The notes below the pieces were generated by a model. That model did not search any database and had not been told where the DNA came from. It saw nothing but the letters and a program-made list of their open reading frames with translations. A DNA stretch of 64,000 bases from Podarcis gaigeae. Taxonomy: Eukaryota. The stretch's first letter is position 1, and the number at the start of each line of letters is the position of its first letter. This document shows positions 22,271 to 33,900 of the stretch, one piece after another. The stretch lies in NCBI GenBank assembly GCA_964106915.2, contig OZ066920.1. One strand, 5' to 3'. The position numbers and the translations under genes are program-made.

Positions 22271-24772
22271 TGTAGTAATATTCAATGGGAGGTACCAGGC
22301 CAACAATAAAACGGCTAAATACTATTAAACATATTTAGTGTTAATGATGTGCTTGGTGCTGAAATACAACATACATACAACATGGAAACTAATGCATGAT
22401 CATTGTATATTATGTGCATAGTATTATGAGACAAAGTTAATTTGGGGTTTGTTCTTTCTGAGCAGCAACTTCCATGTCACATGACAAACTCCTTTTCAAA
22501 TACAGGAATATTTCAAAGGGATTTTTTGTGATAAGACAACATATGTTCAGAATAAAAACCGTTCCACTGAGATAATTCAAGCATGTTGTGTAAGTCTAAG
22601 TGCTTTTTTGGAACATGGTGAATGTATACATATAATATATACAATGTCATTTAGTTAATATGACTTTACCATGGTCCAGATATCAGGGCACAGGACTACC
22701 TCCCATTGTTAAGTTGTCTGCATTTTGAAGAACAATGAACTTTATTACCTTCAATCAGACATATCTATATTTTCATCTGATACTTAACGTTTAACTGTTA
22801 CAATTGTTTTCAAAACACAAAAGACAACACAAACTGGGATGATGATCTCTGAACAAACAGTCTACTGTTTCAATAAATTAAATTTTCAAAGTCCAATATA
22901 CAAAGAAAATGGAAAATCGCATGACAAGGAAAAATTGACTCTCTGTGACTGGTGCTGGTGCGTTTAGTGAGTGCTTCGTAACACAGTTGTGGATACCAAA
23001 ATGGTTACATCAAAACTGATGTGTTTAAATTCTGTTACGTTGTTTTCTTTCTTCATCCCACTGTGACAGGTTGCTTTTGACTGCTTATCCCTACATATGA
23101 GCATGTGTATGTGTAAATTCAGTCTTAGGCTGCAATCCTAACCCACCTACGTGGGAGTAAGCCCTATTAAATTCAATAGGATTTACTTCTGGGTAGACAT
23201 GGTTAGGATTGCACTGTAACTATTTGTTATTCTATTTAACTATGAACCTGCTATATGATCCTTGATTCCAAAGGGTACTGTTATGTATCTAAATAATGTA
23301 GTCTAACAGAGTTTAATAAGTTAAGCTGTTGAATAGTGCCATAGCTCTGTTGCTATTTATAGAAAGCTAAGTTACAAAAGGTGCAGTGGATGTTGGTACA
23401 TGCCTCACTAATGTAAAATATTTTAGAGTCAAGGTAAAATCTATACAATTCAGTAGCATCAATTGCAGCAGTCCCCCCCCCCCCATAGAAAGCCTCCTAT
23501 GGAATAAAAAGGCTTATACCACAAAACAAACCCTCCTTTCTATTCAGACCTTCTCCTTGTCTCCACTGTCTGGGGGAAATTAAAGTAAAACAGAAAAGGG
23601 AACCAATGCATGGGATTAAAAAAAACCCATAAACCCCATAAAGTATACAAAAGGTATAAAACGGATCTTCATTTGTAGGCAGCGGAAGGAGTGCTCATCT
23701 GGGCAATTAAACAGAATTTTGTAGGAATATCTGAGAAGTCTAATTGTAAATGCTGAAAGTGTATTTTATTTTCATGTCCTATAAGCATAAAAATTCTCCC
23801 TCCCAAAATTTCGAACAGGACTCAAACGGTGGAAAGCATGATTCAACCAAACATAATTGAGGCATACGTGAGACCTAAACAATTAAAATTAGCTGTTGCC
23901 AGAATCTGACAGTCTATCACACTCAAGAAAAATTTGCTTAGTAGCCAAGGCTCTCCATCAGTCAGGCTTCATATTTTGACCAGATGGCTGATACTGCATA
24001 GGAACTTTATATTTGAGAGGTAGTGTCAAGCCATTCATAGATGTCAAACTGCTTATAATGTGGGCCTTTTTCACATAAGAGTAACCTCTGTGGGCAGATG
24101 CAGCATGGCCCATTTGGCTAGCAATACAAACACCCATCACTCTTCTTTCTCCAACAGCCACCAATAAACATCTCCCCACAAGTCTCTGGAGGGAAGGGGG
24201 AAACTACATGAGTAGAAATGAACATATGACCATAATATGCAGCATAAACTAAATGTCCATCCATAATGGTGAGCCACCATCTTGTGTTTAATCATTTTAG
24301 GACTGGCATCATAGAGGTACTTCCACATTTCATCCTTTATATTTGCTTTAATTATCCTTATTTACGAAGAACGTACCGTATATAGGGCCATTGTGTCACA
24401 TTTTATGGTCCTGCATTAGCTGATATTCCTATGAAATGAATGGGATTAACAAACACTTGCAACCTTTTAGGATGGTGCAGTTTATTATAAGTTCATCGTT
24501 AGAAGACTTTACAGATTATGTTCTAACTTATATTTTGATTGCAATGAAGGTAGGATGAATCATGATCCACGTATTAATTCTATAGTTGTGATGACAATTA
24601 TAGAAACCAATACTGTACAGAGCTTTAAAAGCTATTGAAACAAGTAATGGGCAATATAGAACACATCTCTTGCCAAAATCCAGTTCAAAACCTTAGAGGC
24701 AAAGGTTTCCATTCAGCGCTATTACTTTTATATTTAGCAACAACATCTCTGAACTTTAAAAAGCTCACTTAC

Positions 24773-24882
24773 TTCTCTCCAGTGTTCCCTTGGGTGGGAG
24801 TTGTGGCAATTGTCTACCCCTGCGTCCTGCTACTGGAGTACCTGATGGGCTTGTTTGGACAGACCCCGTACGAGCATGTGAC
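24773..24882 (-). CDS. RIMS2: RIMS2 exon with the RIM-BP SH3-binding motif: (R)SHARTGSVQTSPSGTPVAGRRGRQLPQLPPKGTLER
   Basis: 110 nt, tcctgtag|GT...GAGAA|gtaagt, phase 2 to 1. Nearly identical to RIM2 RSHPRTGSVQTSPSSTPVAGRRGRQLPQLPPKGTL. Confidence 0.97.
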
Positions 24883-26018
24883 CTACAGGACACAGCAAAA
24901 GAAACCATTAACAGTGAAATAGATTTGTTCCTAGGTGTCTGAAAAACAAATAAACGAGGAATGGTTTTTGTACAAGTTGAACCTTTGTTAGCTGTGGCAG
25001 CTCGGCCCTATGCGTTTTAGAAGGCATAGTTATTGCTAAAATGAAGGTTCATCTGAGGAAAAAGCCAAAATTATGCAAAAGGATGATACATGTAATGTTT
25101 AAGGAATTGCATCTGCAAATTGTCTATGAAAATGTATGTAGATATATATATGCACACAGATGCAATAACACATACAGAAAGAGATACACATAAAATTGTG
25201 TGTATGTATATGTTCTATATTTTAAAGTCCAGCAGAAAGATACGTATGGTTTCAGAATTCAGTTAACATACTGAATTAGTGTTTTATTCCGCTATGAATA
25301 TAAGGCAAGCAATAAGGCAGATGTACATTTCAGTGACTGAAATGGAGTAATATGATTGGTCTTAATCATCCTAATTCACCACTAAAAGACAAAGAATCAT
25401 AATATTTTGCTAGAAAGTAATTTCTGTGGACACAATCAGCTCCACACATTTCTATGCTATGTCCACTGTACTTTTTGTCAAAACAGTTTACTTATTTCAA
25501 TACTGTTTGATCAGAAATACATTACTTAGACAGGAACAATGCAGGACATGCACACAGCAAATCAGAGAAAACAGCGGTTAAAATCGTACATACAATTAAT
25601 ACAATCAAATTTAAGAAACTGTTTTTTGAAAGAAAAAAAAAGTTTCATTTGATGTTATGGTGATAATTCCATAAGCGATGTCAGATGACCACATACAATT
25701 TCTCATTCTGTAAGAGAAATACATGGCAGTTATGAGGTGCACATGGTGTGAGAAATCACCCAGGATTCCTGATAAATGAGAAATCACAAAAACAAATGTA
25801 ATTATTTATGTCATTAATCATTGTTAGTAAACAAATTAGAATGGCAGCCACACCATTATATCCCCTGTGGAATATAAATAGTGTCTTGGCGTTGGCAGGG
25901 TTAGTATCTACGGCTACTGGTGATCAGTCAATGATGAAAGGCAATACCATTGAGCTTTGGGGAAAATAAAAAGTGAGCTAGTGGGGCAGGATTAGTCTGA
26001 TTGGCTTGTCTGTTTCAC

Positions 26019-26192
26019 CTCGATAAGGCAGGTGAGGGAGGGGCAGATCTTCCCGTCATTAATGAAGGCATCGATCTCATGAGATTTGAGTCAGGACGCT
26101 CAGTGGATCGAGAGCGGGGGCTGGGCCGCTCTACCACAGGACGCTGTTCTGTTGATCTGGATCTTTGATATGGTAGTCTAGGTCCCCAATTC
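26019..26192 (-). CDS. RIMS2: RIMS2 exon (splice site B): (R)NWGPRLPYQRSRSTEQRPVVERPSPRSRSTERPDSNLMRSMPSLMTGRSAPPSPALS(R)
   Basis: 174 nt, ttacag|GA...CGAG|gtgaaa, phase 2/2. Matches RIM2 RSRSTEQRPLLER...NLMRSMPSLMTGRSAPPSPALSR. Confidence 0.96.
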
Positions 26193-29100
26193 CTGTAATG
26201 TTAGTCAAAAAGCAGCTCAATTGACCTTTATCTATAGTTACGCATTATGCCACATCATACTGGGTTCGGAGGTGATCAACATTATGTACATTTCTAACAG
26301 CTTTTTCATTCTTTGTTTTAGTTAGCTTCCTGATAACACAGAAGACGTATGAAGGGAGTTTGTCCCTTTATTAATAATTTGGTATATGAAAACATTTTAA
26401 ATGGGTTATAATGTCATAATCTGCAGCTTGTGTACTAGGATATCCTGCATTAAAATGAGTCATTTACTGTTTTGTGAAGACTCTCTGAATTAAAAATAAA
26501 AACCATTGGCTTGACTAAAAATAGCAAGCCAAGTTAATATTTTTAAAAGTAAGGTCATAACTTGCACTCTCAGTCAGTAAGGTTGTCATTAACGTCAGTA
26601 CACTTGATTAGGATAACTGAATATGAGTAAAAGACTTCAAGATTTTGATATTTTCATTAATAATGTTTTCCGTTCAAAAGATGCTGGTGTCAACCAATAG
26701 GCTTAACTTTAGTCAAGGAAGGTTGCTGGTTTTTTCCTCTCTTTTAAAGCAGATGAAAATTATCTGCTACTGAATATGACCTATGCAGGAATACTAGTTG
26801 CACTTCTGAGGGAAAAATATAGATCACATCAAATGGAATATGTTAGTATATCAGCCTAATGAAATAATACCTAAAAAGTCAAAACAAAAAGTTTTCAAAT
26901 AAAGTTATTCAGAAATGTGACCACACAAAACCATTTTTTAGGGTTGTAGGCTTTCAATGAGGTACTAAATAAATGCCCCACAGACAGGTTCAGAATAATA
27001 CCATCCTCCAATAGCCTTAATCTAAAGCACGTAACAAGCAGATACTGTACGCTGGAACACATGATCAGCAGGAGATACTAACTATCAGGGAGGTATCACA
27101 ACTAGCCTCAGACAAACTCACAAAGATTACCTCATGTTTTCTTCTGGGTCTATATATTCACTTTCTGAATAGGAAGCTTGATCTGCCAATACATCCACTG
27201 TTTCACTTCTTTAATGTCAAGGATAAACAAAAAAAGGTCACCTTAGCTAATGCTGCATTTAACAGAGAGGTGTATATTTACGGGGCAGCAAGGAAGTGTC
27301 AAGTCTATAACTACAGGTCTTGATGGAGGGGGGGGGTTTCCCCTTAAAAAATCTTTTATGTAAAATTTACTTAAGAGCCGCTTGTCATTTTACCACCACA
27401 GTGTGGGAGTTTCTGCAATTTCAGAAGCCCCAAGGCCATAGGAGAGAATCTGTGGTTCCTTTCCACATCAGTGCAGTTTCCAGGAGGAGCTCTTCTATAG
27501 TCTCCTCTTGTGTATTCTGGGACTTCTGGTGTCATTCTCATGGCACCAAAAGCAATTGCACTGCAGCAGCTCCAACACTGGAAAGGTAATGCAAGAAGAC
27601 CCCCCACAGCCAAAGGCTTTCTTTTTCCATCTACAGGACACTAAAAGTGATGGTCTAAGAAGAGCGAGACCTTTTTAAAGACACATTTTACTAAGGTACT
27701 CCATATATGAAAGAGATAATGCTCTTGAGGGCAGGGTTCATAAAAGGATCTGTGAAGATATAGATTCTATGTTCTCTAATGCAGCCAACTTTTCCTGAGT
27801 CATTTATGGGTACATTATCAATCAATACTCTTCACACTAGTTCAATATCCAACCTATAGCTCTTGAATAGCTCTCTGAATTATAAAACTCTTTATACTTT
27901 TCAGTGGATCATCCTTGCCTTGTCACATGTTAAGCTTTTCAAGCACGTGTGATTAATTTTAAGTCATTCTAATGATATTCAGTCACACAACTAGTATTTC
28001 TTTCTTTAATTGCTGAAAGCTATGTAAAAATAAAAGTAGATTGCAATCACAATGAAAAGTAATACCCAATATGTTTTCAAACTCTTTTTGCATTACAGAC
28101 AAGTGTTTGCCATCCCACTATTTGAACAATAATTACTTCAACATCAATCTTTACTGGAAAGAACCCTCACTCTATTTTTTTGTCAACTTGTGAGAGATCC
28201 AAGTACCGGTACATTATTTCCCTGTACACTGACTAGAGCTGAGTTTCTTAACCCAGCAGGTAGATTCTGCCTATTTTTACTAGGCCAAATGTCATCATGA
28301 ACTTGGAATTTACAAATCCACCAGACATACAGTATCAGAACTAGAACTTAAATTACATTAGTTAAGATGTAACCTGACAAGTTAAAATGATCTATTTGTG
28401 TCACACTGCAATAATCTTGTCTAAACAAAATCTTTATGTACACCCTAAGCTGATTAGATTCACATAACTTTTAAACATAAGTAGAAAATGAATCTTGCAC
28501 ATCAAAGTTATGTATAATTAAGGGAACTCCATTAACATAGAAAGTTTTAACATTATATATATTGCTACAATGAGCAAATTAGGAAACATGATGATGCATG
28601 AGCACAGACAATTCATTGCTTCCTAGGCCAGGTGCTATCTGCTTTGTTAGACACAGTATTTGGTTTTCTGTCCATAGTACATGACAAGTAATGGCAGCAG
28701 CCAGGGCTAAAACAATGAAGCCACTTAAAGCAATGAATGTGTCAGTGACAAAGAAATGAAAACACAAAAATGCAGCATGGAAATGGTGCATTTTAATGAC
28801 CATTTAAGGCTTCCTCTACTTCTAGAGACACTGATTGCACTGCAACAGCAATAAAAACAAACAAATACCTAAGAGTAACAAGTGCAAGGCTATACTAGCT
28901 ACTTTTTACTGGAAGTACCTGTCTGTATCTGTGGAAGGCTGTTGGATCTCAATCCTTGGACATGCTATTCTTCTACTAGCTATTGGAAATTTGCTGTTTG
29001 GTCACAGACACAATATCCTTTGTTAGCATACCATCTTTAACCATTGCTACACACAAACAACTCATATTTCTATTTTTTAACCAAGGTAAAACACCAGTAT

Positions 29101-30019
29101 TAAGCTATCAACAAAACAATTTTAAAATAATTACATACTGAGTAACTGAGATTTCATTTTAAAGCAGACCACAGTCACTAATACTGCATAATATAATCAT
29201 AAAATTCATATGTACTAATATTATAAAATTAAGCTATCATATATGTAATATAAGCAAAAGTATGCTCAGATATACTGAATATAGAATTGAGATAATAAAA
29301 TAATGTCATAAAGAGACCATATATGATGAATGTATGCTATGGCAAACCAGAAAAAATGAATCTGTTTGCATAAGATTTCATTTTCACCATTATGTACTTG
29401 TGATCGCTTCTAAGCAGTATATCCCAAAAGTCTATGATATCAGTAAATAGTTTTTCCAAAATATCTATCACAGCAAGCTATTCGTGAAAATTCCTGATTT
29501 CTAAAGTATTTCTAAAAGCTATAAGAAGTATTTCCTCCATATTTTCTTCCCATGAAGTTAAAAACCCCAACATAAACTCTGTTAAATCCAAACAGCTAAT
29601 TAAATAGGAAGGAAAAATGTGGTTTAATTTTAGGAGTGTTTTAAAAATACATAAAGTGTTTCCTAGATTAGTTTTAACAAATTTTCCACCATTTACTTCA
29701 AGGCTGCCTATAAGCAAAGTCAGATATTAAAAATGAACAGATTTATGCATCCAGTCTCTATGTAAGGCAGAGAATATGATTCTTTCCTTTCCTAGTATCC
29801 CACCTCTGCACTGTTTCTGTACATTTTATATGCTATATGATATGTAGCATTTTGACTTTTTCTTAATCATCTATTACAGAATGCTCCAGTCTCAACACAA
29901 GTAGTAAAAGACAGTCCTATTTCTTCCCAAATATATTTAATTTTCCTTATTTCTCATTCACCTGCCAGTTAAGTAAAGTATAAGATAACTTATAGGCCCA
30001 ATAATGAACCTCACTGGGT

Positions 30020-30615
30020 TGTAAGCTTGGGCAGTGTGTATGAAGGTCCTGGGCTGCCCAAACAACAAGACCCCTCTCTCGGCCTCACTGATGCAATATG
30101 TTTGGCACCAGCTTGGCTGCAGGAGTTGCCAGGAGGCAGTATACAACCAGCTGTCTTAGGGGCTCCGCTCTGGATTTTCTCTGCAGCATTTACTCCTTAG
30201 CCTCTTCGTCTCCTGAAGATATTCCACAAGGCAGCGGGGATTTAGGAACAGAGTTTTACTTCTCCTAGATGGGCTACCTTCCCAGGTTGATGAGCCCCAT
30301 CTACCGCTCACTTCCCTCTACAGCATGTGCAGAAACTCTTCCTGACTGTTGGAACCACTATTGGTCTCATCCGCTCAATATGCCAGAGCCTGTCTTTGCG
30401 TGCAAAGGAAGCTCCTAACTCACCAAGGATGAGAGACCCATTTGTTACTCCCACCTGGTTTGGTTGGCCAGTCGAAACCATTCCTGGGTGTGGCCACTGT
30501 CTTATGCTGACAGCTTCTAGGAGCCACAGGCAAGTGCAGGGTGGAGACCAAAGGTGGACAAACTACCACAGAAGGAGCACGATGTGTCCCCACCAGTGGT
30601 ATTCCCCCTCCCCTA
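30020..30615 (-). mobile_element. RTE-clade LINE 5' UTR-derived repeat
   Basis: Reverse complement contains GTAGATGGGGCTCATCAACCTGGGAAGGTAGCCCATCTAGGAGAAGTAAAACTCTG..CCGCTGCCTTGTGG, which I recognise as RTE-type 5' leader sequence. Boundaries approximate. Confidence 0.55.
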
Positions 30616-30742
30616 ACACCTCATATACCACATTGAACAAAGTTGGTTTTATTGTTAAGCTATGTATCATAATATTTGGAAAGAAAACGATGTAGCCAAG
30701 TGCCATGAAAAGAAACTACAACAAAAAACTCAAAAATATCCA

Positions 30743-30950
30743 AAACAAACAAAAAAAAAATTCCTTCCAGTAGCACCTTAAAGACCAACTAAGTCAGTTC
30801 TTGGTATCTGAAGTTCCAAGGTATCTGAAGAAGTGTGCATGCACACGAAAGCTCATACCAAGAACTGACTTAGTTGGTCTTTAAGGTGCTACTGGAAGGA
30901 ATTTTTTGTTTTGTTTTGACTATGGCAGACCAACACGGCTACCTATCTGT
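30743..30950 (+). mobile_element. Penelope-like element terminal fragment with inverted repeat arms
   Basis: Perfect inverted repeat of ~50 nt (30759-30807 versus 30855-30903). PLE-type end GACTATGGCAGACCAACACGGCTACC. 16-nt direct flank AACTCAAAAATATCCA at 30727-30742 and 30951-30966. Confidence 0.8.
30820..30859 (+). ncRNA. Minimal type-I hammerhead ribozyme motif (PLE-associated)
   Basis: GGTAT (stem I) - CTGAAGA (core) - A - GTGTG CATG CACAC (stem II) - GAAA - GC - TC (putative cleavage after 30854) - ATACC (stem I). Confidence 0.65.
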
Positions 30951-33900
30951 AACTCAAAAATATCCAGTTATTCTAGCTGCATCAAATGCTGTTTACACTA
31001 TCTAGGGATGCATGAAATGAGACCCACTAAACAAAATCTATTGCTTCTTCAATTTTCCTGTTCCCCAAGCAATATATCTGCATGGCAAATCTATCTGGCA
31101 GAACAAAATTAAAAAGGATCGTAACTTCTCTTGAATTGTTTTTTTGGTGGAGCAGTTTGCAAACACCTGCCAGAGTGGACTGTCAACATGTTAGTGTGCA
31201 GATCCGTTATTCATTTTTCTCTCTACTGAAACACAGAAATGGGCTACTATATAAGCTTTTGGTGGCCTATAAACGAGTGGCATAAAGTTTGGAACTATTC
31301 AGAAGTTTACCAATAATGAAAAAATGCAAAAAAAAAAAAAAAAAAACCAACACCGGGGAGGAAAGGTAAATTATAGCACCACTACCACATAAATTGCAAC
31401 AAAAGGCCGTTCACAATTCACAACTTCCTTCTTGGTATGAGAGCCTTTATCATACAGAGCAGAGGCATTTGGGTTTCCAACAGACTGCTGTTAATCAGAA
31501 AATTCCAAAGTTTTCTGCTGTTGATTGACCACTATCAGCTGACACTACAATCACAACAACACACGTAACTGGAGATGGACAGTGTTTCACCTGAAGAGCT
31601 CCTACTATGCTGCTTCATTTTCACTGCCTCTAGACTGTGTCATCTGTCTTCTATGAAACTTTTTCCAATTAAAAACCCAGATTCATATAAATATTTGAAG
31701 CATATTTGCTATTCTCTCTCTTCCCATGATGAGGCTGAAACTAACTCTGGAAATAAGGGATACAACGTGACTTATTAATTAATTTAAATGTAGTGTCAGT
31801 GCACAGGTAATTTTGGATTAAAAATGAACAGAACATAATCTACGAAAGAGGGTCAGATACAGGGACACAACGTGTACATATGCTTGTGTATGGAAACCTG
31901 CTCAAAGAAAACAGGTTTGCTTACCTGTAACTGTTGTTCTTTGAGAAAGATCTACATACAATTAAACAAACTATGTGTGTGATGCAACATGGAAAGAAGA
32001 AAATAATGGACATGTCATATTAAAACCTAACCCTCCTAGGTCTAGTGAAAAAATTTACACTTATCAGGTGTGAAACCCATTAATAAAATAACACTACATT
32101 TAAATTATGAGTACATGTCTTTAATTATAGAAGTGTAACACTACACTCTTTACTTACCCATAGTTTTCAGCTGAACCATTGACTACATGATCTGCCCATG
32201 AACTTGCACCATTGTAATACCTTTGCAATGCAGTTAAAATAAAGACATGTTATAAAGATGAAGCTATTTACATATCAACACTTTTCATGAAAACATATTT
32301 TTGACTGACTAATCTGGCAATTATTTCCAGTGTTTTCTGTATATCTCTTTCAATGAATGGATGTACATCTCTGTTCCCCCTTAACATATTGGTGCATTGA
32401 ATCACTGTCAGCCCATTTGACCTATTATCTTCTAATATTCGGTCTATGGTTTGTTTGTTGGTTTTCTGTGTTATATTGTTTTGATAAGACTTGTGTTTTA
32501 CGGAATATATTCAAAGAACCCTTTTTTTCTTTTTACTGTTAAAATATGTATGACCAAACAGCCATTCCAATCAAATATATGCACCAGACCATATATCCGT
32601 ATCACCGACATTATAGTGCTGTGAAACTGAGAGCCACTTCATACTCTATGGGACAGCAAATTATTCTGCCAATTTCTATGCATGTAGAAGGAAGCCATGG
32701 CCAATCCTGGTTTGTATGCCACGTGTAACTATGGGATACATACAGGATACATACAGATGTGCTGGCAGCAACAGCAGTGTATAAATGCTTTGCATATATC
32801 CATGAAACACATAATAATACATTGCATTTACTGGTGGCATAATAATGTGTATTCTTTAGCCTAACCATACACACATTGTGAGTAACAAATATTTTAACTG
32901 GGGTAATTAAAAATATATAACATTATGTGAATACTGTTTGCAAGAATAGTGCATTTTATACAATATAGTGGATTTTTTTGGGTCATATTCAACTAAGTTA
33001 TATTCACAATAGGCCCAGGGAAATTAATGGACCTCACCAAGTTATGTTCATCAGTGTAACTTATGCAGCATGGCTGCAATCAAACGACTTACTCAAAATT
33101 GTAAAATTTTTATAAGATGGGGAAAATATGGAAATAAAGCAATGACAAGAAGATATGACAACAGATGTGATTTGCTATGTCTACCAACGGCATATTACTG
33201 TTACAGAAATAAGTAGGTTGACTTATTTCAGAACCACGTGCTTTCATGAAAATAAAATTCAAGAATGAAGTAATTTAAAACAAGATATAATGAATCTTTA
33301 AGTGTGTGTGTGTGAATACCTAAATATGTACTTTTATGTTAGCAGATAACAGGAGAAATCCTCAAAAGTATTCAGAAATAACCCCCCCCCCTTTTTTTTA
33401 CCATGTCCAATGGTAAATAAGCACTTTGGGTATAGGGAAATATCTCTTTTGGTTTAGGAATTGCATAAGGTGTGATGTTTAATAATAACAGCAAAAAAAT
33501 CAGAATAATGAAACTATTATGCAATTAGCCAAATCATATAATAATTACTCAAATGTACAGATACAGAATTCTCTCACAATAGTGAAACAGCATCCATGTA
33601 CAGGATACTATTGGGGTGGGGGAACATCCTTAGCATCTTTAGCAGTGGCTAAGACTATCAAGGCTTGCAAAAACTACTTAGCAGGCAGCTGAGAAAGTGA
33701 CCCGTTTCTAATATTAGTGCATTAGTCTCAACTACCCATAAACTCTCATCAACCAAACTGATACAAATATTAGAACAGGCATGGCTGGAGGTAACCTTCA
33801 AGGGATAATAAGCAGCTTCCTGCTCATCCTCCTCCTGTCAATCCAACCAACTATCCTGGAATTGGCTGAACAGCCAGCTGACCATCAGTGCTTCAGTGCT

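Noticed and set aside
22700-22717. Possible 18-nt phase-1 microexon
   Set aside because: Weak donor (gtagtc) and poor pyrimidine tract; expected by chance.
24764-24772. Tandem donor gtaa|gtgag after the PxxP exon
   Set aside because: The second GT is part of the normal gtaagt consensus; no evidence of use.
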